A stretch of DNA of 64,000 nt from a bacterium (GTDB lineage Bacteria > Zhuqueibacterota > Zhuqueibacteria > Residuimicrobiales > Oceaniaggregativiventaceae). The DNA lies in contig JAKQNP010000003.1 in assembly GCA_029565675.1 (NCBI GenBank), positions 79,197 to 143,196 of the forward strand. Direction: 5' to 3'. The notes beneath the pieces are model-generated. The model made no database searches and was not told the DNA's origin. It worked only from the letters and a program-made list of their open reading frames with translations. Numbering within the stretch: position 1 is the stretch's first letter; the number at the start of each line of letters is the position of its first letter. The position numbers and the translations under genes are program-made. Below are positions 28,589 to 39,600 of the stretch, one piece after another.

Positions 28589-31198
28589 TCAATGCTTTTT
28601 GGTCCGTTTCCACTCCCATTTGCCGTCGCGAAACTCGGCTTCCCATTTGTTGGGTTTGCCGTCGACCAATCCGTTCAAGACATGGCATTTTTCTTTGCGT
28701 TTAAAGCGCACCGCTGCTTCGTTGCCATCCGGATCGACGGTCGGTGCATCGACAATGAAATGGTACTTGGCGTCGATCTCGTCGCGATGCGGCAACAGCT
28801 CCTTTACCAGCACGCTGCGCGTCTCGCGCGATTTCGGAAAGGTGTTTGCCGCCAGAAAAAGCCCGGCGGCGCCGTCGCGCAAAACAAAATGCGCAGCTGA
28901 TTTTTGGCATGCAAGCTCCGGCATGGGCACGGCAGTCATCCTGGGCGGCGCCGCCTGACCGTTGCGCAGCAATTTGCGCGTGTTCTTGCACTCCGGATAG
29001 CGGCTGCAGGCAAAATATTTGCCGAAACGGCCGCTTTTGAGCTGCATCTCGGCACCGCATTTGTCGCAAGTCAGGGCCGGGCCGTCATAGCCTTTCAACT
29101 TAAAGTGCCCGGTTTCGATTTCACTGCCGGGGCAATCCGGACTCTTGCCGCAGATGTGCAGCTTTTTATCCTGGTCGATCAGGTAGCTGTCCATTGCCGT
29201 TCCGCAGAGCGGGCAGCGCCGGCGCGCCAGCAGGGCTTGAACTTCCGCCTCTTCATCATCGCCGACCGCCGCGCTCTCTTCTGCCGGCACGAGATTGATC
29301 GTCTGCGCACAGCGATCGGTTTTGGGCAAGTCGTAACCGCTGCAGCTGAGAAAAACTCCGGTTCTGGCGGTGCGCACTTTCATCGGTCGGCTGCAAGCAG
29401 GGCATGCCAAATCGACCGAAACCGGCTCGTTGCGTTTCATTTCAGTGTCGGCGCGTTCGAGTTGGCGGCGAAAACCGCGGTAAAAGTCGTCCAGAACGCC
29501 GCGCCACTCGCAATCGCCAACCGCAATCTTGTCCAGATTCTGTTCCATGCCTGCCGTGAAACCGTAATCCATCAGATCATCAAAGTGGCTCAGCAAGCGA
29601 TCGGTGACGATATCACCTATTTTCTGCGCATGAAACCGCCTCTTGATCAGCTGCACATAGCCGCGATCCTGGATGGTCGAAATGATCGGCGCATAGGTCG
29701 AGGGTCGACCGATGCCCAAGCGCTCGAGCTCCTTGACCAGACTGGCTTCGGTGTAGCGCGCCGGCGGTTTGGTAAAATGTTGGCTTGGCTGCAATTCTAG
29801 CAACTGGAGGACCTCGTCGATGCGCACTTCCGGCAAGGGGCTCTCATCGTCGCTCTTTTGTTGCATCGGCATGACGCGGGTCCAGCCGTCGAATCGCATC
29901 ACTCTGCCGGTGGCGCGCAATTCATAATCGCCTGCGGCGATCCGTATCGAGGTGCTGTCGAATTCCGCGGCGCTCATCTGCGAAGCGACAAACCGGCGCC
30001 AGATCAGATCGTACAGCCTGGCCTCATCTTTCTCCAGAGCCGCCATCGCATCGGGGGTTTTTCGCACCTCTGTCGGCCGGATCGCCTCATGCGCTTCCTG
30101 AGCGCCTTTTCGGCTGGCATAAAAAGGCGGTTTAGTCGGCCGATACCGCTCGCCATACTCCTTTTCTATATAGCGTCGGCAGGCCTCGACCGCCACCGGA
30201 CTCAATTGGGTCGAATCGGTCCGCATATAGGTGATGTGTCCGGCTTCATAGAGCCTCTGGGCGAGCAGCATGGTTTTTTTTACGCTGAAACCGAGCCGGA
30301 CGCTGGCGGCTTGTTGCAGCGTGGTGGTGATGAAAGGCGGAAAAGGCCGCTGCACCGCTGGATGTTGATCGCATTCAGCAACGCGATAGACCGCTCCGCG
30401 CAGCGCGGCCAGCGCGATCTCGGTCTCGCGCTGGTCAACCGGTCGAAAGGTCTTGCCGCGCAATTTGCTGACCTGGGCCGTGAAATCGCCGTTTTGGGAG
30501 CGAAGATTTGCGGCGATTTGCCAGTATTCCTGCGGCACAAAGGCATCGATTTCCCGTTCGCGCTCGACAACCAAACGCACCGCCACCGATTGCACGCGAC
30601 CGGCCGACAGGCCGCGGGCGACTTTTTTCCACAGCAATGGACTGAGCATGTAGCCGACCACCCGGTCGAGAAAGCGCCGGGTTTGTTGGGCATGCACCCG
30701 ATCCATGTCGAGCTGACCGGGTTTGCCAAAAGCTTGCAGAATGGCGGATTGGGTGATTTCATTAAAAGTGACGCGCAGATATCGGTTGGCATCCCCGCCG
30801 ATCGCCTCGCGCAAATGCCAGGCGATCGCTTCTCCCTCGCGATCGAGATCGGTGGCCAGATAGATCGTCTCTGCTTCCTGCGCCAACTTTTTCAACTCAT
30901 GCAAAACCCTGGTTTTCCCCGGCAAAATCGCATAAACGGCTTTCCAGCCGTTCTCAGGATCGACCGCCATGGCGCGGATCAGACGCCGGTATTCGTCCTT
31001 TTTGCGCGATGCTGCGGCCTGCGCGACGGCGCTTTTTTTTGCTGTGCGGTCGACGGTGGTCCGCTCCATCGCCCGCGCGGATGTCGGCAGATCGCGGATA
31101 TGCCCCATGCTGGATCTGACAATATAGTTGCCGCCGAGATATTTGCCGATCGTCTTGGCCTTGGCCGGAGATTCGACGATCACCAGAGATTTTGCCAT
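28589..31198 (-). CDS. topA: DNA topoisomerase I (type IA), E. coli-like with C-terminal Zn ribbons
   Basis: [39 protein letters not shown] (catalytic Tyr), [18 protein letters not shown], three C4 ribbons plus a ribbon-like tail. Confidence 0.97.
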   Translation of the reverse strand: MAKSLVIVESPAKAKTIGKYLGGNYIVRSSMGHIRDLPTSARAMERTTVDRTAKKSAVAQAAASRKKDEYRRLIRAMAVDPENGWKAVYAILPGKTRVLHELKKLAQEAETIYLATDLDREGEAIAWHLREAIGGDANRYLRVTFNEITQSAILQAFGKPGQLDMDRVHAQQTRRFLDRVVGYMLSPLLWKKVARGLSAGRVQSVAVRLVVEREREIDAFVPQEYWQIAANLRSQNGDFTAQVSKLRGKTFRPVDQRETEIALAALRGAVYRVAECDQHPAVQRPFPPFITTTLQQAASVRLGFSVKKTMLLAQRLYEAGHITYMRTDSTQLSPVAVEACRRYIEKEYGERYRPTKPPFYASRKGAQEAHEAIRPTEVRKTPDAMAALEKDEARLYDLIWRRFVASQMSAAEFDSTSIRIAAGDYELRATGRVMRFDGWTRVMPMQQKSDDESPLPEVRIDEVLQLLELQPSQHFTKPPARYTEASLVKELERLGIGRPSTYAPIISTIQDRGYVQLIKRRFHAQKIGDIVTDRLLSHFDDLMDYGFTAGMEQNLDKIAVGDCEWRGVLDDFYRGFRRQLERADTEMKRNEPVSVDLACPACSRPMKVRTARTGVFLSCSGYDLPKTDRCAQTINLVPAEESAAVGDDEEAEVQALLARRRCPLCGTAMDSYLIDQDKKLHICGKSPDCPGSEIETGHFKLKGYDGPALTCDKCGAEMQLKSGRFGKYFACSRYPECKNTRKLLRNGQAAPPRMTAVPMPELACQKSAAHFVLRDGAAGLFLAANTFPKSRETRSVLVKELLPHRDEIDAKYHFIVDAPTVDPDGNEAAVRFKRKEKCHVLNGLVDGKPNKWEAEFRDGKWEWKRTKKH

Positions 31199-31237
31199 CG
31201 ATTTTTTCCTTGTTGCACTACCCTGTATCTTTTCTGC

Positions 31238-31266
31238 AATTTACAAATTCACGCCAATGAATGCAA
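31238..31266 (-). promoter_or_regulatory. Candidate sigma70 promoter of topA
   Basis: Minus strand TTGCAT-17 nt-TAAATT. Confidence 0.5.
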
Positions 31267-31416
31267 GGCTTTCACCACCCACTGCCAGGCAGGCCTGAAG
31301 TGCTTTGGGTGGATACATCCATTCGGAAGCAAACGATTCGTGGTTTAGCTTGTATGCAGCGTCAGACGGTCTGAACGACTGCATGAAAAGAGCAGCAAAA
31401 TCGGCTCCCGGCAGGA

Positions 31417-32565
31417 TCACATCGGGACAAAGTGGTTGGTGAGGCGAAAAGCCGTTGCGAGGTAGTCGGCAATGCGCTCGGCGGCGTGGCCATCACCATA
31501 AGGGTTTTGCGCCCGCGCCATTTCTTCATAAACTGCAGGATCGTTTAAAAGACGATCCGTTTCGGCTAGGATTCGATGCAGGTCTGTGCCGACCAGGCGA
31601 ACCGTACCGGCCTGCACTGCCTCCGGGCGCTCCGTTTCATCGCGCATGACCAGAACCGGTTTCCCCAACGAAGGTCCCTCCTCTTGAATACCGCCGGAAT
31701 CGGTTAGAATCAGATAAGAGCGATTCAGCAACGCCGCCAGGCGGCGATAGTCCACCGGTTGAATAAGATGCAATCGCTCAATTCCGGATAGAATTTCGTT
31801 AACCGGACTCTGGATATTCTGATTGAGATGCACTGGATAGACGACCTCGATATCAGGATGGCTTTCTACCAGAGCACGAAGGGCTGAACAGATCCGGCGA
31901 ATCGGTGCGCCGAAATTTTCCCGCCGATGGGCGGTTACCAGAATCAGGCGGTGACCTCTCGCGCAGAGAGAGTCGACAAAGTTCTGGTCAGGCTTGTGCT
32001 GCAATACCCAGTGCAAGGCATCGATGACTGTATTGCCAGTAACCGCGATTCTGGCATCCTCCACCCCTTCCTGCAAAAGGTTTTGCCGGTTGCCCTCGGT
32101 TGGAGCAAAATGGTAGGAAGCCACATTGCTGATCATCCGTCGATTGGCTTCTTCTGGGTAGGGTGAAAAGAGGTTAAATGTGCGCAATCCCGCTTCGATG
32201 TGGCCGACCGGAATAGCCGCGTAAAAAGCGGTTAAGGCGCCGATGAACGCAGTTGTGGTGTCTCCTTGTACCAAAACCAATTTCGGGCGCAATTCTTCCA
32301 AAACCTGACGAAATCCATGCACAGCGGATTCAGCGATTTGGTTGAGAGTTTGATTGGGCTGCATAATGTTCAGATCGATATCCGGTCGAATGCCAAACAA
32401 GTCCAAGACCTGATCCAGCATCTGGCGATGTTGTGAAGTCGAAACAACCGTCAATCGAAAACGCGGGTCATTCCGCAGCAACAACACAACCGGCGCCATT
32501 TTTATAGCCTCGGGGCGGGTACCAAAAAGAACCACCGTATTCAACGGCTTTTGGGAATCGGCCAC
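31417..32565 (-). CDS. wecB: UDP-N-acetylglucosamine 2-epimerase (non-hydrolysing)
   Basis: GTRPEAIKMAP, QHRQML, VQGDTTT, HIEAGLRT, PEEANR, VTGNTVID, HRREN, TDSGGIQEE and NPYGDG. GTG start at 32565 follows AAGGAG. Confidence 0.95.
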   Translation of the reverse strand: MADSQKPLNTVVLFGTRPEAIKMAPVVLLLRNDPRFRLTVVSTSQHRQMLDQVLDLFGIRPDIDLNIMQPNQTLNQIAESAVHGFRQVLEELRPKLVLVQGDTTTAFIGALTAFYAAIPVGHIEAGLRTFNLFSPYPEEANRRMISNVASYHFAPTEGNRQNLLQEGVEDARIAVTGNTVIDALHWVLQHKPDQNFVDSLCARGHRLILVTAHRRENFGAPIRRICSALRALVESHPDIEVVYPVHLNQNIQSPVNEILSGIERLHLIQPVDYRRLAALLNRSYLILTDSGGIQEEGPSLGKPVLVMRDETERPEAVQAGTVRLVGTDLHRILAETDRLLNDPAVYEEMARAQNPYGDGHAAERIADYLATAFRLTNHFVPM

Positions 32566-32635
32566 TCTGTCTCCTTTTTCACCAAGCATCTGCCATCGGC
32601 AACACCGGGGTCTTTATTGCTGGTCAATCAACTGG

Positions 32636-34432
32636 CTATTTGACCAAAGACAATTTAAGGGTGATATCTTGCGATTCAAACTGTATCCGGCAAAAATAAA
32701 GTCCGCTTGCCACAGGATTTTTTTGGTCATCGATTCCCGACCAGAAAATGCGGTGTTCTCCAGCATCTGCATCTCGATCCATCAACACAGCGATTTTTTC
32801 ACCGGCCAAATTGGTGATGGTGATTTGGGTGTGACCGTGTTCGGGCAAAGAAAAATGAAGCCACGTTCCTTCATTGAATGGATTGGGATATATGCCGGCA
32901 ACGATCCAATTCTGTGGTGCAGCGCCAATGAATACTCTATCGGATAGGGTGCTCGCGCCATCGGTGTCGATTTGATTGAGACGGTAATAGAGGGCGGTTG
33001 ATGGAGCGCTCTTATCGATATAGGTGTAGCGGTTCAATGCGCTGCTGGTTCCATGCCCGGGGACAAAGCCGATCTTTTCAAAATAAAGACCGTCGCTTGA
33101 TCGACAAATCTCGAATCCGAGATTATTCAACTCAGATGCGGTTTGCCAGGTCAAGCAAATACCGTTGGATTGACGAGAAAGGGACAAGCTTACCAGCTCT
33201 ACGCTGACCAAAGCGGTGTTTCCCTCCAGCGCCCTGATATAGCTGTCGTTAGAACCGCAAACCACATCCTCTGCACCATTGCCATTCAGATCACCAGCCG
33301 CCGCAATAGTTTTGATATCACCGCCGGCTTTAAATGTCCAGATAATTTCGCCTGAACGACCGCAAAGAGCAGCTGCCGTGTTGTCTCCAGTACCAACCGC
33401 GGCATCCGGAACCAAATCACCGTTGATATCCAGCAATGTACAAACCGTCCAGATATCACCATGAAAGGCAGTGTCCCATATTTTTTTGCCATCTATGCCT
33501 GAAAGAGCATAAACATGATCATCTGATGAACCGGCGATGCAATCCTGTCGGCCATCGCCATTGATATCATCCACGGCAGTAACGCATTGAATGTCTGCTC
33601 CTGCAGCAAAAGACCAGAGTTGTTGCCCCGTTTTGCCAGATAGGCAATGGACGCGGTCAGCAGCGGTGCCGGCGAGGCAATCATTGATCCCATCTGCATT
33701 GACATCTGAAATTTTTTCGACGCTCCAAACATCGGAAGAGGTCGAAAAACTCCAAAGCTGACGAGAAACACTGCTCTGCGCTTGGGCAGAAAGACAATAG
33801 ACCCGATCATCGGCAGCACCGGCAAAGCAGTCTGCATAGCCATCCTTATTGATATCCCCTGCATAGACAACTGACCAGACGTCACCCTGCGTGTTGAATT
33901 GCCAGAGGAGCACACCAACACCCAAACTGGCTCCTGAAATACAACAGATCCGGTTATCGCCTGTGCCAACCAGAGCATCAGCTTTTTTATCGCCGTTGAT
34001 ATCAGGGAGCGAAGCCACAGTCCAAACATCGCCGGTGACGCCGTATGACCAAATCCACTCGCCGAGTTTGCTGGGATCGCCGGAAATGCAATAAATCGTG
34101 TTGTCGGCAGCGCCGGCCAGACAATCAGCCTTGCCATCGCCATTGATATCGCCGAGCGACGCCACTTGCCAGACATCGCCACTGACTGTCGTCGACCACA
34201 ATTCAGCTCCTGCAGCCTTGCCGCCGCCTTCCAGACAATAAATCCGGTTATCTGAAGCGCCGGCAAAGACATCCACAATCCCGTTGCCACTCACATCGCC
34301 AGTCATTTGAACGCTGTTGACATACCAATCCGTGGTAGTGCTCCAAATAACAGCAGCATTGTTTTGCGCTGCTGCAGCTGCAGCAAACCACATGGTTATC
34401 CAGACAATCTTTTGTGCGAACTGCATGACCAT
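32636..34432 (-). CDS. Secreted FG-GAP/PQQ-like 8-repeat beta-propeller with FlgD-Ig CTD
   Basis: Eight D(I/V/L)NGDG..D...G..D..I.C.SG....W-type repeats, VELVSL..WQTASE.NN.GF and YPNPFN. ATG 34432 follows AAGGAG. Confidence 0.85.
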   Translation of the reverse strand: MVMQFAQKIVWITMWFAAAAAAQNNAAVIWSTTTDWYVNSVQMTGDVSGNGIVDVFAGASDNRIYCLEGGGKAAGAELWSTTVSGDVWQVASLGDINGDGKADCLAGAADNTIYCISGDPSKLGEWIWSYGVTGDVWTVASLPDINGDKKADALVGTGDNRICCISGASLGVGVLLWQFNTQGDVWSVVYAGDINKDGYADCFAGAADDRVYCLSAQAQSSVSRQLWSFSTSSDVWSVEKISDVNADGINDCLAGTAADRVHCLSGKTGQQLWSFAAGADIQCVTAVDDINGDGRQDCIAGSSDDHVYALSGIDGKKIWDTAFHGDIWTVCTLLDINGDLVPDAAVGTGDNTAAALCGRSGEIIWTFKAGGDIKTIAAAGDLNGNGAEDVVCGSNDSYIRALEGNTALVSVELVSLSLSRQSNGICLTWQTASELNNLGFEICRSSDGLYFEKIGFVPGHGTSSALNRYTYIDKSAPSTALYYRLNQIDTDGASTLSDRVFIGAAPQNWIVAGIYPNPFNEGTWLHFSLPEHGHTQITITNLAGEKIAVLMDRDADAGEHRIFWSGIDDQKNPVASGLYFCRIQFESQDITLKLSLVK

Positions 34433-34452
34433 ACTCTCCTTAAAACAAACTT

Positions 34453-35295
34453 TCAAGAACCCCAGCCATGCCAAAAGGTCAAGCCAATTCTTGTATAACG
34501 ATATTCTGAATCATTGGGATTTTCATAATCACCGCTGCGCGGGGTGACTTTGCCATTCAGAAATTCAACAAACAGATCAAAATCCAGATCATTCCAGGGT
34601 TTGACCCTAATCCCCAGTCCAGCCTCAGTTTTGTTGTTCCAGTAATCGCCGTTTATATCGGTCATCAGATAACTGACCCAATAGGCGTCAATCGCAGTCT
34701 TGTATAAGCGCAACAACCGAAAGCCAACTTTGCCATTCACATACAGGATGCCATTTCTGCGATCATTGCGAAAGTAAAAAAAATCGCCATAAATCTCATC
34801 CCACAGGGTGAGTGGGACTGTCGTATTCCAACGATGGACAGCTTCGCCGTCAAAACCTTGCCAAAATATCAATCCGGCCCGAACATCCGTATAGTCGGCA
34901 CCATCAGGCAATGTGCTCTCATCAGTTTTCATATAATGTCCATTGACAAGCTCCGTACAAAGAGCAAGATAAATCCGCTGAAAGAAGCGCAAGCGCGTAC
35001 CCACCATCAATTCAGCGCGGTTATTCCAAAAATCGCGATTGGCATCGCTGCCGATGCGTTGTTTGAAGTAAAGATCCATCGTACTGATGCCGAAAAGACC
35101 AAACCGCACACCTTCCAAAGCCTGCGCCATGGTGATGGTGTTGTCCTCGAGTTTGCCCATGTTTATGGTTTCATCGTAGACCTCGGCAAAAAGACGCGGA
35201 CGGAATTCGGCTTGTGCTGCAACCTGCACTACCGACGACAGCATAACCGCCATCAAAAACATAAACAGATGATGAATTGCGAATCGCTTTTTCAT
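34453..35295 (-). CDS. Putative outer-membrane beta-barrel protein with two-fold internal repeat
   Basis: Signal peptide ending VAAQA, alternating aromatic-rich strands, and repeat halves DANRDFWNNRAE..G.RLR..AGLIFWQGF / DINGDYWNNKTE..G.RVK..IGLTFWHGW. Confidence 0.65.
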   Translation of the reverse strand: MKKRFAIHHLFMFLMAVMLSSVVQVAAQAEFRPRLFAEVYDETINMGKLEDNTITMAQALEGVRFGLFGISTMDLYFKQRIGSDANRDFWNNRAELMVGTRLRFFQRIYLALCTELVNGHYMKTDESTLPDGADYTDVRAGLIFWQGFDGEAVHRWNTTVPLTLWDEIYGDFFYFRNDRRNGILYVNGKVGFRLLRLYKTAIDAYWVSYLMTDINGDYWNNKTEAGLGIRVKPWNDLDFDLFVEFLNGKVTPRSGDYENPNDSEYRYTRIGLTFWHGWGS

Positions 35296-36587
35296 AGACG
35301 AGTTCTTTCTTTTTCCGTGTCAGTTTCAGGAATAAGAAAACGCTCGGTCTTGTCCCAAATGCCAACGCGATGTCGGCGGGCATCAAAAAACAAACCGCGA
35401 AAAACGATAAAAAGCCAAAGCTGACAATAGGTAAAATACATCAAGATGGTGTAGAAAATGTTCTTGGGCGAATCTTCATTCTCGTAGGACAAAACCAAAA
35501 GAATTTCCATAATGAACAAAACAAAAGCGGAAAGCCAGACAGCAAAATAGGGGCCAGGCACTTTGAGAGCGACAATTCCCAATCCACTCAAGACGAAGAG
35601 CAAATGCGACAGCACGATGGCCAATAAAAAAAGATAATAAAGGGCGAACAAATAAAAGAACTCAGTCACCAGAAATCGACTCTTGAGGCGAACGGCATCC
35701 ATGGCAAATTTGCGCAACACATAATTGTTGCCCCGTACCCAACGTGTGCGCTGCCGTATCCATACTTTTAATGTCTCCGGTTCTTGCTCCCAGGTTACAC
35801 TGAGAGGAATAAACTTTATGTAGAAGCCTTTTTGATAGATTCGCACACTCAACTCTGAATCCTCAGTTATCGCTTTTTCATCCCAGCCACCGCATTGCTG
35901 CAAAACCGACCTTTTAATAATATAATTGGTGCCGGGTAAGATCGCGATTCGCGACAGGCAGAATCGCCCTGCCTGCAAGATCCACTGGAAGGCCAGTGTT
36001 TCGATGTTGATTAATCGTGTTAATCCGTTTCGATTTCGATTGAGTGTTCGAAATTTTCCAATAACTGCCGCACATTTTTCATCAGTCAACAAATGAGGAA
36101 CAAGTTTGCGCAAAGAATCGGATTCCGGACGATTGTCAGCGTCATAAATGGCGATGGTTTCGTATTTGCAGTGTTCCAGTCCTTGGTTGAGTGCATGCGC
36201 TTTGCCATGCCCGGTTTGACCCTTGGCCAAATTGATCAACGACACACGGGAATCTTTTTTTATATAATCTTCGACTATCGTCTGTGTGGCATCATGTGAG
36301 CCATCATTGATAACAAGAATTTCTAGACGATCAGACGGATAATCGAGCTTTGACAGACGATCGATTGTGGACGCGATTACACGCTCTTCATTATGGGCAG
36401 GGACCATAATCGATATCGCAGGCCAGGATTGTAGGCTGTGATTGTCTTGTGCATCGATGCGCAACAAATGCTGGCGATAGCGATATCCGGCAAAAGCCAG
36501 GATCACCTGGTATCCAATCATCAGCCAAATGATCACAACGCTTACGAGAAAGAGAGAATCCAGGACCGGGTGTACCAGAGGGATCAT
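35292..36587 (-). CDS. Processive GT2 polysaccharide synthase, YdaM/PssC-like
   Basis: PAHNEE, NDGS.D, GKAHALN, YDAD, TED and QRTRW (D,D,D,QxxRW), with N- and C-terminal TMs. INIETLAFQW..QAGR, MYFTY.Q.W and W.KTER match my recollection of B. subtilis YdaM. Confidence 0.88.
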   Translation of the reverse strand: MIPLVHPVLDSLFLVSVVIIWLMIGYQVILAFAGYRYRQHLLRIDAQDNHSLQSWPAISIMVPAHNEERVIASTIDRLSKLDYPSDRLEILVINDGSHDATQTIVEDYIKKDSRVSLINLAKGQTGHGKAHALNQGLEHCKYETIAIYDADNRPESDSLRKLVPHLLTDEKCAAVIGKFRTLNRNRNGLTRLINIETLAFQWILQAGRFCLSRIAILPGTNYIIKRSVLQQCGGWDEKAITEDSELSVRIYQKGFYIKFIPLSVTWEQEPETLKVWIRQRTRWVRGNNYVLRKFAMDAVRLKSRFLVTEFFYLFALYYLFLLAIVLSHLLFVLSGLGIVALKVPGPYFAVWLSAFVLFIMEILLVLSYENEDSPKNIFYTILMYFTYCQLWLFIVFRGLFFDARRHRVGIWDKTERFLIPETDTEKERTRL

Positions 36588-36677
36588 TCATCCTCCATGG
36601 TTCTTGATAGGGTACTGAAAATCACTTGGGCAAGTCTTTTCCCCAAACTGCACCAAAATCGCAATCACAATAACTCT

Positions 36678-39600
36678 TCAGGCAGTTTGCCCAGATCGCT
36701 TGCGCAGGGTGTGGCGAACATAGATAATGATGAGCGAAAAACCGGCAAAAAAACCGATCAAGACAATGAGACCCGACAAGAACAAACTGGCGAATTTTAA
36801 AAACTGTGTCCCACTGCTCATGGTAAAAATGATCGCCTGATGCTCACCGGAAGGCAGTTTGATCGAATATCCCAACTCTCCAACAGTTCCAGTGGCTGAG
36901 AATTTTTTCCCGTCTAGAAGAATGGCACGGGGCTGTTCGTTTAGGATGACCCAATTTGGCATGGGCGAGGAATAGTGAATGGCAACTCCGCGGCCAATTA
37001 GATGGGCTGAGATCAGTTCGCCGGACAGGTCAACGATACGAACCGATGATTCAAATCGATTCATCATACTCTTCAAACGTCCGACCGTCTGCAGACGATG
37101 GTGCCCGATGGGCAACGTCACCCGGCCGCGATCATAGACTGGCCAGATATCGCCATCCAGCAAGACATCCTGATGTCGTTCGCCATCGACGCGCACGATG
37201 ACCGTATAAGATGTTTCGATTTCCCAAACGCACTCATCCAATCTTTCCTTTGCCTGGGCAGCAAAGGCATTCGGCAACAACGGAAAATCGACTTGATAGA
37301 TGCTGGCTTCAGAAAACAAAGAAACCCGGTTAACTTCATTCGCAGCAATTGCGGTATTGCGATACAGCTCGAGTCCACTCAACTGAGCAGTCGGACTGTG
37401 ACTGACTTGACTCTGACGATAGGGTTCCACAGCGATATCGAGAACCAGCGGTAAATCTCCATATATTTGGGCCATTTTTTTAAACCGTTCCGGCCCAAGA
37501 TGCCAGGTTTCTCGTGGATCTTCAAACTGCAAGGTGTAGGGGAAATCTTTCCTCAATTCAAGAATTTTTTTAATATCGATGCCCAAAGATTTGGCTGTAT
37601 TCGCTGCAATTTCACTGTCCATCGAAGTGATCATAAGATCCCAATCGCTCTGATGTTTTTTTTGCAATTCAAACAAGAAACCGAGAAAGTGGCGGTACAA
37701 ATCGACTACCTGTTCGGACCGAAAACGGAAAAAACTTGCAGCTGCATTCGAATTGTGCTGCCAAAAGTAGGGCGATCGAGGATTGAATAGAGCCAACGGA
37801 TCAAATCCGGCTTGCTTAAAAAAGACCTGGCGAATATCCTGGTTCATCGGCGTGAAAGCTTCTGGTGCATCAAATCTAAGAGCCGATTCATAGTTGAGCT
37901 CTACCGAATTAATTCCATCCCAATCAAAGGACAACAAAAGGTTCTGCAATTCATTAAAGACCGCTTCACGGCAGGCCTCGATATTCAACGCCATGAGTTT
38001 GCGCCAACCGACGACTGCATCCATGCCGAGTGCATTCTTCTCTCGCCACTCTGGGAAACGCGTCCAGAACACATCATTGACATGCGGCAATTCCAACCAC
38101 AAGTAAACAACCATCGCATTTTGATGGGCCAGTCGAATCAGCCGTTCATAGTCGTATTGATAGTCTGCATAAAAATGCCAACCCGATACATAGATCGCTC
38201 GCACACCGTTGCTGCGCCACATTTTGATCAGATCCTCGATGCTGATATCTTCTCGGTCACCAGGTTCAAAATAGACTTCAATAGCACGGCGATGAACCAT
38301 GGGCTTGAGCGAAAAGTGTCGATTGAGCAGATCGATCAAATAGGGAAATCGGGCATAACCGCCATCGGTCACCGGATCCAGCAGGGCACCAAAATGGAGA
38401 TATTTGCCTTCGCCAAATTCACCCCCCGTTACAACAGGCTGTGCAGAATCTGCGGTAGAATAATAAACAATGAAATTTGCATCAGTATCGAAACCCTGCA
38501 ACTCTCCGCCCGGTCGCCAAATGATTTCAACCTGCGGGTAATATTCGTCAACAACAGAATTGATCAGCCGATTTTTCTCTGTACGATACACTCCAATCAT
38601 TTCGCTCATCTGCGAAACCTGTTCCATTACCACATTCAGACCTTTTTGTACACCACTCATTATAAACAGGCGTTGCTGTTCAGTCAGGATGCGAGCGGCA
38701 CTTTGAGGAATGATCAATAGATTGATATGGCTGGGAATTTCAAATAAGCTCTGACAAACCAAAGAATCCGCATCAATACCAACACTTGAAAGAGCACAAA
38801 ACCAGTTGCTTTGACTGCGGCCAAGCTGTTCAGCAGACGAGGTATCGATTAAAATAGCCGCACAGACAGGATTGGACTGGGAGTCAAACAACGGATCGGT
38901 TTTACCGAATACCGATTCAGACAGGTCAGAAAGACTAAATTGTCCGAGTCCTTTTCTCCCTTTAGGATATCCTGGGGCTTGTTTCTGCAGCACATACATC
39001 CATCCCAAAGGTACGTCAATCGTTCGAGTTATTCTACCCGTAACCAGCGTATCAGAAATAGTTTGCCGTTGCAGCTTACCGTTTTCATCGATAAAAAATT
39101 CATGAACTCGACAACCTTGGCAATCGAGCTCGACTGTTCCACTGCCGGTTAACACACAATAATTAGGAGCCTGAACGATATTTTGGGTCATTCTTGGACT
39201 GGAGAATTGGTAAGAGAGCTCTTTCATACCCTGAACGATCTTTTTCAAAACAGACAGATCGATAAATGGATGAAAAAAGAAGCTGGCGATTCCATCCCGA
39301 ACCAGCAATTGATGCTGAGCAGCAGTTAGGATAGCAGCGGCTTCCTGCTGGTCGAGAGGAACATAACCGAGGTTCTCCGGAATGATCCGTCCTCCAGACA
39401 TATGACGGTTGATCAAATAGGGTACAAGTTGATCTGAGCCATGCAGATCAAGTGTTTGCCGGCGTTCATAAGCAGTGCTGAAATAGCGATTGATCACTCC
39501 GTAATCGAGTTGAGACGCTGCATAATGGGGTGTTTCCCAGGTTACCGGGTAAAGCTCGGCTCGTTCCATTTCGTTCAGAGCCGTCTCGATTCTTTGCCGC

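Noticed and set aside
29858-31348. 496-aa plus-strand ORF and similar long antisense ORFs (e.g. 20469-21527, 42174-43136, 44523-45668, 59533-60633)
   Set aside because: Each lies opposite a well-supported gene and shows no recognisable motifs; these are shadow ORFs caused by codon bias.
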